From a virus: a DNA stretch of 37,536 nt. Shown piece by piece: positions 1 through 8,545 of this stretch. The notes beneath the pieces are model-generated. The model saw only the letters and a program-made list of their open reading frames with translations, was not told the DNA's origin and searched no databases. A program made the position numbers and the translations under genes. The stretch is taken from the IMG/VR virus record IMGVR_UViG_3300045988_062118, positions 1-37,536 of that record; one strand, given 5' to 3'. Numbering within the stretch: the first letter of the stretch is position 1; the number at the start of each line of letters is the position of its first letter.

Positions 1-55
1 CGTTTGAGGTCTGCATCCCCTGTTGGAATCGGCGACGCATTCCCATAAAAAACGG
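1..55. repeat. 55-bp terminal overlap, identical to 37482-37536
   Basis: Direct comparison of the first and last 55 bases shows an exact match. Confidence 0.98.
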
Positions 56-329
56 CAACCCCCGCACCACTTGCAAGGATTGCCGTTCGTTCAATATTCT
101 GTTCTATCTTCTGTTTGTACTTCTCCAGGCTAAACCACGAGCCTCTTGTGAATCCATCTATGATGAATGTTATTTCCTGACATCCATCTTCCTCAGGTGT
201 ATCACCTTCAGAATATTCACCAACAAAGTATGCCTCTGGTGGGTCATCCTGCCACTCCATGAATGCGTATGGAATCTCAAGCTCATCTGTGAGTACGCTA
301 TTGATATATGATAATGTCTCTGTCGTCAT
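1..329 (-). CDS. Tail completion / tail terminator-like protein, N-terminal part of a junction-spanning 124-aa ORF
   Basis: ATG at 329. I hand-translated the frame with no stop down to base 1 (MTTETLSYINSVLTDELEIPYAFMEWQDDPPEAYFVGEY...). It continues at 37481 and stops with TGA at 37438-37436. It lies between the HK97 gp10-like and major tail genes. It is missing from the ORF track because it wraps. Confidence 0.7.
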   Translation of the reverse strand, partial: MTTETLSYINSVLTDELEIPYAFMEWQDDPPEAYFVGEYSEGDTPEEDGCQEITFIIDGFTRGSWFSLEKYKQKIEQNIERTAILASGAGVAVFYGNASPIPTGDADLK

Positions 330-343
330 TCGTCATCACCGCC

Positions 344-763
344 TTACTCACTGAACGTCTGATTGAGAATAGAGCCAAGTCGCCTGATGATCTTGCCCTT
401 TGTCTTGTCGAAGGCTTTCTGTAAAGGTCTGAGAGGTTTTTTACCATGAGTTGTGTGCCAGTCACCACGCTCATCCTTATAAACCCACGGCTTTTTGCGT
501 CCATTGCCCTTCAGAGCGTATTCACCTGTGCCGTATTCTTCCCAGATAGCATTTTCAAGAGGATTACCAATAACCGCCTCGCCCTTATCTTCATCTACAT
601 GATGCGTCCATGCACCTTTTGTCTGTCCTGTGTCTACTCTCGTCTGTGCTCTCTTCGTCTGAGCCTCGACCTCTCCGGCAGCTTCGTACAGAAAGGCAAT
701 AACAGCATCATCCAGAGCCGCCTCAACCTTTATTCTGTTGTCTGTGAACTCCACATTTCCCAT
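344..763 (-). CDS. HK97 gp10-family head-tail/neck protein
   Basis: 139 aa. Resembles the HK97 gp10 family in sequence pattern (IWEEYGTGEYA..., NPLENA...) and in its position after the head-closure gene. Confidence 0.7.
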   Translation of the reverse strand: MGNVEFTDNRIKVEAALDDAVIAFLYEAAGEVEAQTKRAQTRVDTGQTKGAWTHHVDEDKGEAVIGNPLENAIWEEYGTGEYALKGNGRKKPWVYKDERGDWHTTHGKKPLRPLQKAFDKTKGKIIRRLGSILNQTFSE

Positions 764-1107
764 TACTGCCCTCCTGTGTACTTCAGATATATCTCAAGCT
801 GCTCATGCATCCCCATCGGATCATCTATCAGCATGATGTCATATACCTGACCATTAACCACCATACGGCTGTTCTCAGCCTTGATCATGTCACTGAGACG
901 TTTATAATCAGCTATGAACATGTGCGTTGATTCCTGCACCTTGGCATTATATGTTGCGTACTTACTGTCACCGCCTGAGAGGTCTAGCCAGCCGGTCAAG
1001 GTATCTTCTGACACCCATGCAACTTCCTGTTCACCTATCTCATTTCTGGTTATGCTCTTGATCTGTATGTCCGCAACTGCATTTCCGCCTATTCCTCTCA
1101 TGTTCAA
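763..1107 (-). CDS. Head closure / head-tail joining protein
   Basis: 114 aa. Size, position and C-terminal pattern (NGQVYDIMLIDD...LEIYLK) are typical of phage head-tail joining proteins. Start/stop overlaps its neighbours. Confidence 0.65.
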   Translation of the reverse strand: MNMRGIGGNAVADIQIKSITRNEIGEQEVAWVSEDTLTGWLDLSGGDSKYATYNAKVQESTHMFIADYKRLSDMIKAENSRMVVNGQVYDIMLIDDPMGMHEQLEIYLKYTGGQ

Positions 1108-1637
1108 AACCTCGCTTTCATGTACGGCTTTAAAAAGCCAAGAAGCGACTTTGGATATCCCATGAGGGAATTGTCGCCATCCATGTTGAAATAGGTCACA
1201 GAGTGCCTGCTGATGGTCTCAGACTGCACACCAACCTTATCCCTGTTGTTCAAATCCCATGAAAGCATGTTGGCAACTCCCAGCTTGATATCCATCGGAT
1301 ATACTATCTTTGTCACCATGACGACCGGTTCGCTTACAAGCTCCTCATTCACCTCTATATGTCCATTGTCCATATCCACAGCTTTGATGGTGTACAAGCC
1401 ATCGTTGTAGCGTGACTCTGACACCTGTATAGTGTCGCCAACCTTGAACAGCTCTGATGCATACTGAAAGCCTGTCACAGCGTCCACAGGAGCCACAAAC
1501 CGCCTGTTCCTGTCCTGATAATTATTATTTGTATATTTTCTGATCAGGAGTTCCAGTGCCTGAAGCTTAGCCTCAAGCACTGAATCTTTCTCCTCGGTGT
1601 CTACATACTTCTTAAGTTCATCGACAGTCATGATCAT
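1104..1637 (-). CDS. gp6-like head-tail connector (head completion) protein with extended C-terminus
   Basis: 177 aa. The N-terminus (TVDELKKYVDTEEKDSVLEAKLQALELLIRKYT) matches the gp6-like connector pattern. It lies directly downstream of the major capsid gene. Confidence 0.6.
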   Translation of the reverse strand: MIMTVDELKKYVDTEEKDSVLEAKLQALELLIRKYTNNNYQDRNRRFVAPVDAVTGFQYASELFKVGDTIQVSESRYNDGLYTIKAVDMDNGHIEVNEELVSEPVVMVTKIVYPMDIKLGVANMLSWDLNNRDKVGVQSETISRHSVTYFNMDGDNSLMGYPKSLLGFLKPYMKARF

Positions 1638-1649
1638 ATGACCACCGCC

Positions 1650-2669
1650 TTACTTCTTAAACTTAGCAAGTACAACCTTTGAAGCGTTGGTGAGTGCAGC
1701 ACCATAATACTTAGATGCTGTGATATCATGTCTCTGCTTCTTCGGTAACCATTCGTGATCAACCTGAACATCTTTCTTGAGGAAAATTGTAAGAGCTGGA
1801 GCTTCCTCTTCTGTAAACTCGGTCTCATCTGAATCAGGCTGGAGCTTGATAATAGGGCAGAGATAATACTGTGAACCAGCTGCAAGGCTCTTAACCTTAT
1901 CACCGATTACAAGCTCATCTTTGCATGTTGGCTGAACTGTACTAAGATGCTTGTTTGTGTCTGACTCAGCAGTTGAATCAGCCACTATAGTAATAGTTCC
2001 CTTCTCTGTGTCTTTCTCATAAGTCATGAGCTTGATCTTCTTTGACTTCTTTACCCAGCATGATCCAATCTTACCTATAGAGCCTGTCACAATAACGCTC
2101 TTATCAAACTTGTCCGCTGACTTAAAGTTGTCATCCTTGAGAAGCGTTCCCTCCTGTTTAGGGTTTATGAACATAACCTTCTCTATTCCATCCTCTTCAT
2201 CCTCGAACTTTGTGTTAGCATCAACAATGCCATCATATCCGATTACTGCAAGAGTATCTGGTGTATATACATTCTCTGATGTGTATGCAGCATCAAGCAG
2301 ATCATTATCCAACTTGCCTACAATAGACTTTGAAAGCTGAGTCTCAGCCTGTCCAACAGGGTTCCCTAAACCACTATTGATTGCTGTCTGATATATTGAT
2401 ACGCTCTTAGCTGCACACTTAATAGTGAATGTCTTCTTTGTTGCTGTGAGCTTAGATGCCTCAATTTCATCTCCTGATTCCGGATCAAAATCCTCAGCAT
2501 CGCCGATATAATTCCATGATGGAACTGTCTTTGTATCTCCTGGTACACCCTCAAGGGATGTATCAACATGGGCATACTTTAAAAGCTTGGCCTGTGCCTC
2601 TACCTTTGCATCAATCATATCCCCCATTACTTCTGGGTTAATGAGGTCACTTACCTTTGTAATTGCCAT
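1650..2669 (-). CDS. Major capsid protein
   Basis: 339 aa, immediately after the scaffold gene, with an upstream RBS. Size and position fit an SPP1-like head module. Confidence 0.75.
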   Translation of the reverse strand: MAITKVSDLINPEVMGDMIDAKVEAQAKLLKYAHVDTSLEGVPGDTKTVPSWNYIGDAEDFDPESGDEIEASKLTATKKTFTIKCAAKSVSIYQTAINSGLGNPVGQAETQLSKSIVGKLDNDLLDAAYTSENVYTPDTLAVIGYDGIVDANTKFEDEEDGIEKVMFINPKQEGTLLKDDNFKSADKFDKSVIVTGSIGKIGSCWVKKSKKIKLMTYEKDTEKGTITIVADSTAESDTNKHLSTVQPTCKDELVIGDKVKSLAAGSQYYLCPIIKLQPDSDETEFTEEEAPALTIFLKKDVQVDHEWLPKKQRHDITASKYYGAALTNASKVVLAKFKK

Positions 2670-2694
2670 ATTCTTTCACCTTTTCCTTTCTACC

Positions 2695-3387
2695 TTACTT
2701 TGTTCCATGCATAGCAGCTTCATATAGCTCAGGTGTTTCCTGGGCAATCTTAGCACGCTCTGCATATGATTTCTTCAATATGTCTTCTCTCGTCAGTCCT
2801 GTATCTTTATTTGTAGGATCTGGCAGTCTATTCTCAATGATGTGCCTCTCGCCATCATCTGAGCCGGATGAAGCTGTGAATTGAGCTGGGAACTGTGTCT
2901 TTAAGTCTGTGAGCATGTTATCCCATCCCTTTATGTGGCCTTCATCATCAAGCTTAAGCTCCTCATTCTTCTCCTTGAGGGCTGTCTTGATCTTATAGGT
3001 CATATAATCAGTATCAACCGCATGAGCCTCAAGCAGAGCCACCTTGATAGCTGAGTTGACCTTAGTCTCCTCAAGCTCTTTCTGAAGCCTTGCATTCTCT
3101 GTCTCATAAGTTGATATCTTCTGCTGCATGCCCTCGTCACCCTTGGAAGCTTTCTTAAGCTCCTCAATGAGCTTATTTGCATTGCCAATCTCCGTGTCTT
3201 TGCCGGTGATCAGTCCGTTGAGCTTCTCAAGTTCTGAATCATACTTCTCCTTGCTGACGTACTTGCCCTCGGACAGATCTGTGTATCTTACATGCTTGAG
3301 CTTATCTGTCTCTGTGCTGTTCTTCTCGTCAATCTTCGCCTGTACCTGCTTATACAGGTCATCTCCTAACAGTTCCTTTAATTCCAT
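2695..3387 (-). CDS. Scaffolding protein (GP20-like)
   Basis: Coiled-coil-rich protein (MELKELLGDDLYKQVQAKIDE...). I prefer the ATG at 3387, preceded by AAAGGATGG, over the GTG at 3420 used by the ORF track. Confidence 0.7.
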   Translation of the reverse strand: MELKELLGDDLYKQVQAKIDEKNSTETDKLKHVRYTDLSEGKYVSKEKYDSELEKLNGLITGKDTEIGNANKLIEELKKASKGDEGMQQKISTYETENARLQKELEETKVNSAIKVALLEAHAVDTDYMTYKIKTALKEKNEELKLDDEGHIKGWDNMLTDLKTQFPAQFTASSGSDDGERHIIENRLPDPTNKDTGLTREDILKKSYAERAKIAQETPELYEAAMHGTK

Positions 3388-3495
3388 TGTTCCATCCTTT
3401 CTGGCTTTAATCGTAGCCACACATGGCAGTTATCACTCTTGCCGGAGTTATTCTTTGTCGGTCACAGTTTTACTGCCTTGAGCCGATTTTGGGCA

Positions 3496-3525
3496 TAAAA
3501 AAAGACCATGGTAAAAACACGGTCT
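3496..3525 (-). terminator. Intrinsic terminator downstream of the DUF2829 gene
   Basis: Minus strand reads AGACCGTG-TTTTTAC-CATGGTCT followed by TTTTTTT. Confidence 0.65.
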
Positions 3526-3546
3526 GAATTATCTGCTATTCCGTTT

Positions 3547-4014
3547 CTACTCCACTATTACCCAGTCTTCAGCAAGACAATCGTTTATACTCGGCACCCA
3601 CATGGAGTGTGAACCATCAACACATCTGATCTGCAGATATGGGTTACACTTGAATAAGTCACCCTCGCTGATTCCCCAGGCTTCTGCGGTCTGCTTGTTA
3701 CATGGTATGCCATCAGGATATCCCTTCTGGAATACAACAAACATTCCTTTGCCATTCCAACCCTTTCTTGCAACTCTGAAGCCCTTCTTGAGCATTTCAA
3801 GAGCAATTCCAAACGTCATGTTGTCACATGGTCTGTATGCTTCGTTAAACTGCTTCTCCGGCGACCAGCTCTCATATCCATCTGAATATCTTACGAGATA
3901 GCCTTCATCTGCTGGATTTTCTTCCGCTGGAATCTGCCATCCTTTGTAATTGTTATAGTCGCCTCTTGTCATCGGTCTTGCCTCAATCTGTTTTGTTCCA
4001 ATGTACTTCTGCAT
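3547..4014 (-). CDS. DUF2829 (Tad2-like) domain protein with extra N-terminal domain
   Basis: 155 aa. The C-terminal ~90 aa (MTFGIALEMLKKGFRVARKGWNGKGMFVV...NDCLAEDWVIVE) match the DUF2829 pattern as I remember it. AGGAGG RBS 8 nt upstream of the ATG. Confidence 0.7.
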   Translation of the reverse strand: MQKYIGTKQIEARPMTRGDYNNYKGWQIPAEENPADEGYLVRYSDGYESWSPEKQFNEAYRPCDNMTFGIALEMLKKGFRVARKGWNGKGMFVVFQKGYPDGIPCNKQTAEAWGISEGDLFKCNPYLQIRCVDGSHSMWVPSINDCLAEDWVIVE

Positions 4015-4039
4015 TCTTTCATCCTCCTATTTTTTGCAT

Positions 4040-4068
4040 AAAAAAACACCATACATCTCTGTACAGTG
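4040..4068 (-). terminator. Intrinsic terminator between the 68-aa ORF and the DUF2829 gene
   Basis: Minus strand reads CACTGTACA-GAGA-TGTATGGTG (9-bp stem including G-U pairs) followed by TTTTTTT. Confidence 0.65.
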
Positions 4069-4093
4069 CTCGTAATCCATCTAGCATTATTTT

Positions 4094-4300
4094 CTATTCT
4101 TCTCCTATGTGTCTTTTGCCGGGTTTATATAGTTCTTCTATAACTCCATTGGCTATATCTCCGCCTACGTATCCTGGACCATACAACTTGTCTAAATGAG
4201 ATAAAAATTCTGCATCACGAGGCAAAGTACCAAACTTTTCTCTTTGTTTATTATATTCTTCATACGATGTAATATTTAAAAATTCTTCTTTTAAATTCAT
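4094..4300 (-). CDS. Hypothetical 68-aa protein, candidate cognate (immunity-like) partner of the MuF C-terminal module
   Basis: Its ATG overlaps the MuF TGA (ATGA). GAGGAG RBS 8 nt upstream. It shares the AT-rich composition of the MuF C-terminal region. Confidence 0.6.
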   Translation of the reverse strand: MNLKEEFLNITSYEEYNKQREKFGTLPRDAEFLSHLDKLYGPGYVGGDIANGVIEELYKPGKRHIGEE

Positions 4301-5835
4301 TTTAAAGACTCCTCTACTAACCCGATTTCATATGTACTAAGGATTGTTTTATCTTTTTGATACACTCTGAAAAGCTCTGAGGTGGATTCCAATAAAAATT
4401 CAGTTTTTATACTTCCATCCGGATTAACAGCATCAGATATGCGGCTAACATATAACCTGCCTTGATATTCGCTAATAAATTTATCGCCATGCAAAATATA
4501 TATTGCAAATTTTTGCCCTGCATCATTTTCGTATATTTCCGTAGTAATATTTTTATCGCTTAATCCCTCAGTTAAATATTTCTTATACTTTTCCACAACT
4601 TTAGGATTCAGCATACGTTCTTCTATCAGATGTCCAAATTCATGGTCTATATCCTCTTTCTCAGCGCCTTTGGCAACGTTAATAATGCCTTTTTTCACAT
4701 CACAACTACTGCCGTTCTGCCCCATATTAAAGGTTACATCAGCCATTGCTTTCTGAACTTTATCCGGTAACTGTGAATATGCGTCAACAACAGCTTTTTC
4801 ATCTCTAATAATGCCAGCATCAGACTTTGATGCCTTGAACATTATATCTCTTATACTATCACCGTTTTGGGTATTTGCAACATCTTTTTCATGCTCAATC
4901 TCAAACGACACCTTAAAGTACTTCGTCTGGTACTCTTCAAAATCCTTTGTCTTATCCAACCCGAAGTATTCCGCTCGCTTTCTCAGAGTCTGAAGCTCTT
5001 CATCATCCAGCGCCCACCTTGCTCTCTGCAATAAGCAACAACGGCAGTTGCAGTCCTCTGCCGGATCTCCAAACATTCCAGGAGCCTTAATCTTACGACC
5101 ACCAACCTCAAAGGGCTCATCGACTTCCCGGATCTGTCCATCAAGCATCTGATGATGTTCTCTCGTTGCTCCGTCAAGAGTGGCATCCCACTGTTTCAAT
5201 ACATCTGCCCCTTTGCTTTTTGCAATATACATAGCGTCCAGCGCTGACTGTACCTGTATACGATGCCCTTCAGTCCTCGCAATGCGGATAGAGTTGTTAT
5301 AAGCCTTCTGAAATGGAGTATTTGCCATGTGTCTTGAGAGCTTACCAGCCACCTCATTCCACGTTGAGCCATTTGCAATGCCTCTTGATACCTCTGCTCT
5401 GACCGCTTTCTTGAGGTATGTCACATCCTCGCCCATTTTGTCGTAGAGCGACTTACTGAGCTTGCTGTCCGTCTGAATAGCTCTCACAACTGCCGCCTGA
5501 TCTATCGGCATGATGATTGGAATACCTGTCTTTTGCAAGTCATACATGACGCCTGTGTATCCGTCTCTGTAGCACTTCGTCAGGTAGTCAGACACAGTTG
5601 CATATGAGTTAGACTGCAGGTTACTCAGAACATCAAGCTGCGCTTTCAAAGCCTCCTGATACTGTTTCTGATAGATGATGCTCTGCAGATTCTCCATATC
5701 AGTTCGTTCTGAAAGCTCTCTTATCTTCTGCTCACAATCTCTCAATGCCCGCTGATATACCTGTTTGAGTTCTTTGATTGCCTGCTTTTCTCTATTTAGT
5801 TGTGCCTGTGCAACCTGCTTTTGTGCTTTGTTCAT
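4297..5835 (-). CDS. Minor head protein, MuF / SPP1 gp7 family, with ~200-aa C-terminal HExxH (zincin-like) extension
   Basis: 512 aa. The N-terminal ~300 aa carry the MuF/gp7 pattern (TREHHQMLDGQ...DPAEDCNCRCCL). The C-terminal extension contains HEFGH, encoded at 4630-4644. Confidence 0.75.
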   Translation of the reverse strand: MNKAQKQVAQAQLNREKQAIKELKQVYQRALRDCEQKIRELSERTDMENLQSIIYQKQYQEALKAQLDVLSNLQSNSYATVSDYLTKCYRDGYTGVMYDLQKTGIPIIMPIDQAAVVRAIQTDSKLSKSLYDKMGEDVTYLKKAVRAEVSRGIANGSTWNEVAGKLSRHMANTPFQKAYNNSIRIARTEGHRIQVQSALDAMYIAKSKGADVLKQWDATLDGATREHHQMLDGQIREVDEPFEVGGRKIKAPGMFGDPAEDCNCRCCLLQRARWALDDEELQTLRKRAEYFGLDKTKDFEEYQTKYFKVSFEIEHEKDVANTQNGDSIRDIMFKASKSDAGIIRDEKAVVDAYSQLPDKVQKAMADVTFNMGQNGSSCDVKKGIINVAKGAEKEDIDHEFGHLIEERMLNPKVVEKYKKYLTEGLSDKNITTEIYENDAGQKFAIYILHGDKFISEYQGRLYVSRISDAVNPDGSIKTEFLLESTSELFRVYQKDKTILSTYEIGLVEESLK

Positions 5836-5846
5836 CTTTTATCCCC

Positions 5847-5876
5847 CAAAAAACAAGGCTAAAATCTAACCTTGTT
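5847..5876 (-). terminator. Intrinsic terminator upstream of the MuF gene
   Basis: Minus strand reads AACAAGGTTAG-ATTT-TAGCCTTGTT followed by TTTTGGGGG. Confidence 0.55.
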
Positions 5877-5882
5877 TTATGT

Positions 5883-6374
5883 CTACTGTACGCATATATC
5901 CATTGTGAATGAATGCTTCTCGCCAGGCTGTAATGTTACCGGTTCGATAACCTCACGTGCTAACATCATTGCTCCCATAAACCCACCTGAATAGCTCGCA
6001 TATAACCCTACCTCTGATATGGTTAATGGTGCATTGCCTGTATTTCGTATAACTCTAGTGATAGTCATAATAGAGCTTGAGAATTTCAATGGCACATCTT
6101 TGGTTTGTGTGATGATTTCATAGTCCTCTGTCACATTTTCAAGCGATATATCCGCTGCTGTTGCTGGTGTTGTGCCTGTTCCCAATACGATATAAACTCC
6201 GGTTGCGGATGAGCTAGGCGCATTTTTGAGTAATAATGAGTTAGGCATTATTGATCTTAGCCAACTATAACCTCCACTGGCTGGTTTGCCGTCTGTAGTT
6301 TTACACACATTATAATTAGCTGAGCTACTTTGACAATTTAAACTGACGAGTCCAGCAAAATTATTTGTCAACAT
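5883..6374 (-). CDS. Hypothetical beta-rich protein (163 aa)
   Basis: ORF with an RBS. Ser/Thr/Gly-rich, and I recognise no motif. Its position between the portal and MuF genes is unusual. Confidence 0.55.
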   Translation of the reverse strand: MLTNNFAGLVSLNCQSSSANYNVCKTTDGKPASGGYSWLRSIMPNSLLLKNAPSSSATGVYIVLGTGTTPATAADISLENVTEDYEIITQTKDVPLKFSSSIMTITRVIRNTGNAPLTISEVGLYASYSGGFMGAMMLAREVIEPVTLQPGEKHSFTMDICVQ

Positions 6375-6390
6375 ATATATACTCCCTCCT

Positions 6391-7068
6391 TTAATCTAAT
6401 GTATTATCTATCTCATGTGTCACTCGGCACTGCACCACGCCGGATATCATTGTTGTGCTTAATATCTGTGAGTTCGATGTACCTGTCGGTATCTTTCTAA
6501 TATTCTCAGCCATCACATCCGCCGAATCTGTTGGTTCTGTAGCCACTCCTTTTTCAGTGATAGCTGTGGCTATCTTGGTATTTCTATCACTGACAGATTT
6601 TTTTACTTCTTCCATCTCCTTGTAAAGCTGTCCTGCAAGGTCTGTCATATACCGCTCTTCAATCTCACTCTCAACTACTTCACAGCCCTCAAGAACCTTC
6701 ATTCTTGTGAGCTTGGTGTTGATCTCGTTGATGATGTTACCCTCACTATCAAGCTTCTTGAAGCATACAGTGAAGCCGACATTGCCCGGCACTGTACATG
6801 CAGTAGCACCAACAAGCCAATCAAAGGTTATAATGCTTGCATCATCAGAGAGTGTATAATTCTCTATAAAATACACATCTTTCTGCTCTTCTTCATTCAC
6901 ATAGTTGATTGATATCTGATATTCAGTGAGATCTATGCCCTTATACGTTGCCGGCACTTCAAATGTCAGCCGGTTTACATCTTTGTCATGATATACACCG
7001 ATGACCTCGCCAGCCGGCATCTTCACCGTTCTTGTATCTAAATCTATCTTGTATCTTTTATTTTCCAT
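6391..7068 (-). CDS. Hypothetical structural-like protein with BppU-N/Ig-like N-terminus (225 aa)
   Basis: Start reassigned to the ATG at 7068, preceded by GGAGGTGGAG. The track's longer Arg-rich N-terminus overlaps the portal gene. The N-terminus (MENKRYKIDLDTRTVKMPAGEVIGVYHDKDVNRLTFEVP...) loosely resembles baseplate-upper-protein N-domains. Confidence 0.5.
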   Translation of the reverse strand: MENKRYKIDLDTRTVKMPAGEVIGVYHDKDVNRLTFEVPATYKGIDLTEYQISINYVNEEEQKDVYFIENYTLSDDASIITFDWLVGATACTVPGNVGFTVCFKKLDSEGNIINEINTKLTRMKVLEGCEVVESEIEERYMTDLAGQLYKEMEEVKKSVSDRNTKIATAITEKGVATEPTDSADVMAENIRKIPTGTSNSQILSTTMISGVVQCRVTHEIDNTLD

Positions 7069-8533
7069 CTGCTCCACCTCCGTTCTCGACATCTGTATTG
7101 ATGTTATCAAGCACCTTCTGAGCCTCTTCCGTGTTCTCCTCCTCATTCTTAGGCAGCTTGTCCTTGATCTCCTCATAATCAATATCAAGCCAATCACAGA
7201 TAGCTTTGATAATAGTCTCATCATTAAGTATGCTTGCAACATTAAGTATTGTATTGATCTCTGTCTGCCTTACCTGAGCCTCTGTAAGTTCTATTTGTGC
7301 ATTTTCCTGTGCATTGCTCATAATCTCATGAGCGAACTCAAAATAAACATCCTCGGCCTTATATGCCTTGTTCTCAGCCTTGTTGATCTCGTCAATGACA
7401 ATCTCTACTATCCTCCTCAAGAACTTTCTAAGAGCTTTCTCTATCTTTTTTGCCTTAAGGTCAAGCAATGAGTAGGCCGCCTTAATGGCTATATTCGTAG
7501 TTGCTGATGTGTCCTTGAGTCCGGCGGTATTCAGCCCCATGCCAAACCTGTATATATTCTTTTCATCAAGCTCCAGCTTAGCCTGCCTTGCCTGGTATGG
7601 GACGTCAACAGTCTTGACATCTACGTCACCATCCTCACCTATACCTATGATCTTCTTTGTTTTGAGGTTTGTCTGAAGCTCATTCAGGTTGTCTCCCTGA
7701 AAGCCTTTGATAGCATATAGTGGGGAATCAAAGTCTATGAGGTTGTTTGACAGGCTTGAGGCCATCAGGTCATAGTCATCTATGAGTGGCTTTACAGGCT
7801 TAAGGCTTGAGAACTGCTTCTTGTTGTTATCCAGCCGGAAGAATGGAATATAGCCAAATCCATCAAAGTAGGTGGCCTTATCTCCATTACTCTTTGTATA
7901 AAGTACATGAGGCTTTGGGTTGATTGGTTCAGTATCGTCTAACACCACCGCCCCATTATTAACCTGAACATAATAATATGTTTGCTTATCATCCCAGACC
8001 TGTATTCTCTCAATAGTCTTGTGCCCTTTGTCTATCCTGTCCGTATAGTGGTAAATCGTGTATGCACAGCCATCATCTGTGTCCTTAGCTCTTACCTCAA
8101 TAACTCCGATACTGTCAGCATTTGCAAATGACATCATGTCCTTGGCATTCTTGTACGCGTACATATACGCAAAGCCTTTGACCTGCATATCTGTGATAGC
8201 GTCAGAAAGCTCAGACATGAACTCATCATTGTTGTTAAAATACTTGTCCATGTGTTTCTGCAGCTCAGGGTCGTTGGACTTTACAATGCCATCCCCTGAT
8301 AGGATGTACTGGGTGCACTGGTCAACCAGCTCTGTGAAGAATGGATGTGGTATCTTAACGTTGCTTCTGGTCTTGTCCTCTACCAGTTCGCCGTCCGCAT
8401 TGTAATAGAACAATCTATACTTCTTTATGTCATGATCGCCGTCATAGTATCTTTCGCCTGTCCGGGCGAACTGCTTTTTTTCTGATGTGCGGTCACTGTC
8501 TATCAATTCTTTTATCTCGTCAGGGGTTAGCAT
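7058..8533 (-). CDS. Portal protein, SPP1 gp6-like
   Basis: 491 aa, directly downstream of TerL. The N-terminal pattern (ERYYDGDHDI...) and size fit SPP1-type portals. Confidence 0.85.
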   Translation of the reverse strand: MLTPDEIKELIDSDRTSEKKQFARTGERYYDGDHDIKKYRLFYYNADGELVEDKTRSNVKIPHPFFTELVDQCTQYILSGDGIVKSNDPELQKHMDKYFNNNDEFMSELSDAITDMQVKGFAYMYAYKNAKDMMSFANADSIGVIEVRAKDTDDGCAYTIYHYTDRIDKGHKTIERIQVWDDKQTYYYVQVNNGAVVLDDTEPINPKPHVLYTKSNGDKATYFDGFGYIPFFRLDNNKKQFSSLKPVKPLIDDYDLMASSLSNNLIDFDSPLYAIKGFQGDNLNELQTNLKTKKIIGIGEDGDVDVKTVDVPYQARQAKLELDEKNIYRFGMGLNTAGLKDTSATTNIAIKAAYSLLDLKAKKIEKALRKFLRRIVEIVIDEINKAENKAYKAEDVYFEFAHEIMSNAQENAQIELTEAQVRQTEINTILNVASILNDETIIKAICDWLDIDYEEIKDKLPKNEEENTEEAQKVLDNINTDVENGGGADGK

Positions 8534-8545
8534 TTTTTCACCTCT

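Noticed and set aside
1-55. Terminal repeat as an IS/transposon end or a phage DTR
   Set aside because: The repeat is direct, exactly 55 bp, and interrupts an otherwise continuous ORF. That is most simply explained as an assembly overlap of a circular sequence.
446-850. Plus-strand ORFs running antisense to the minus-strand genes. Examples: 446-850, 7001-7471, 11123-11800, 15717-16250, 17838-18338, 17987-18478, 20693-21061, 33883-34341, 36487-36879.
   Set aside because: They lie entirely within well-supported minus-strand genes and lack RBSs. Their composition is low-complexity (Ser/Leu/Phe/Cys-rich), as expected for shadow ORFs.
7069-7242. Arg-rich 58-aa N-terminal extension of ORF 6391-7242
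   Set aside because: It overlaps the 3' end of the portal gene in another frame. A strong RBS (GGAGGTGGAG) precedes the internal ATG at 7068, so I used the shorter form.
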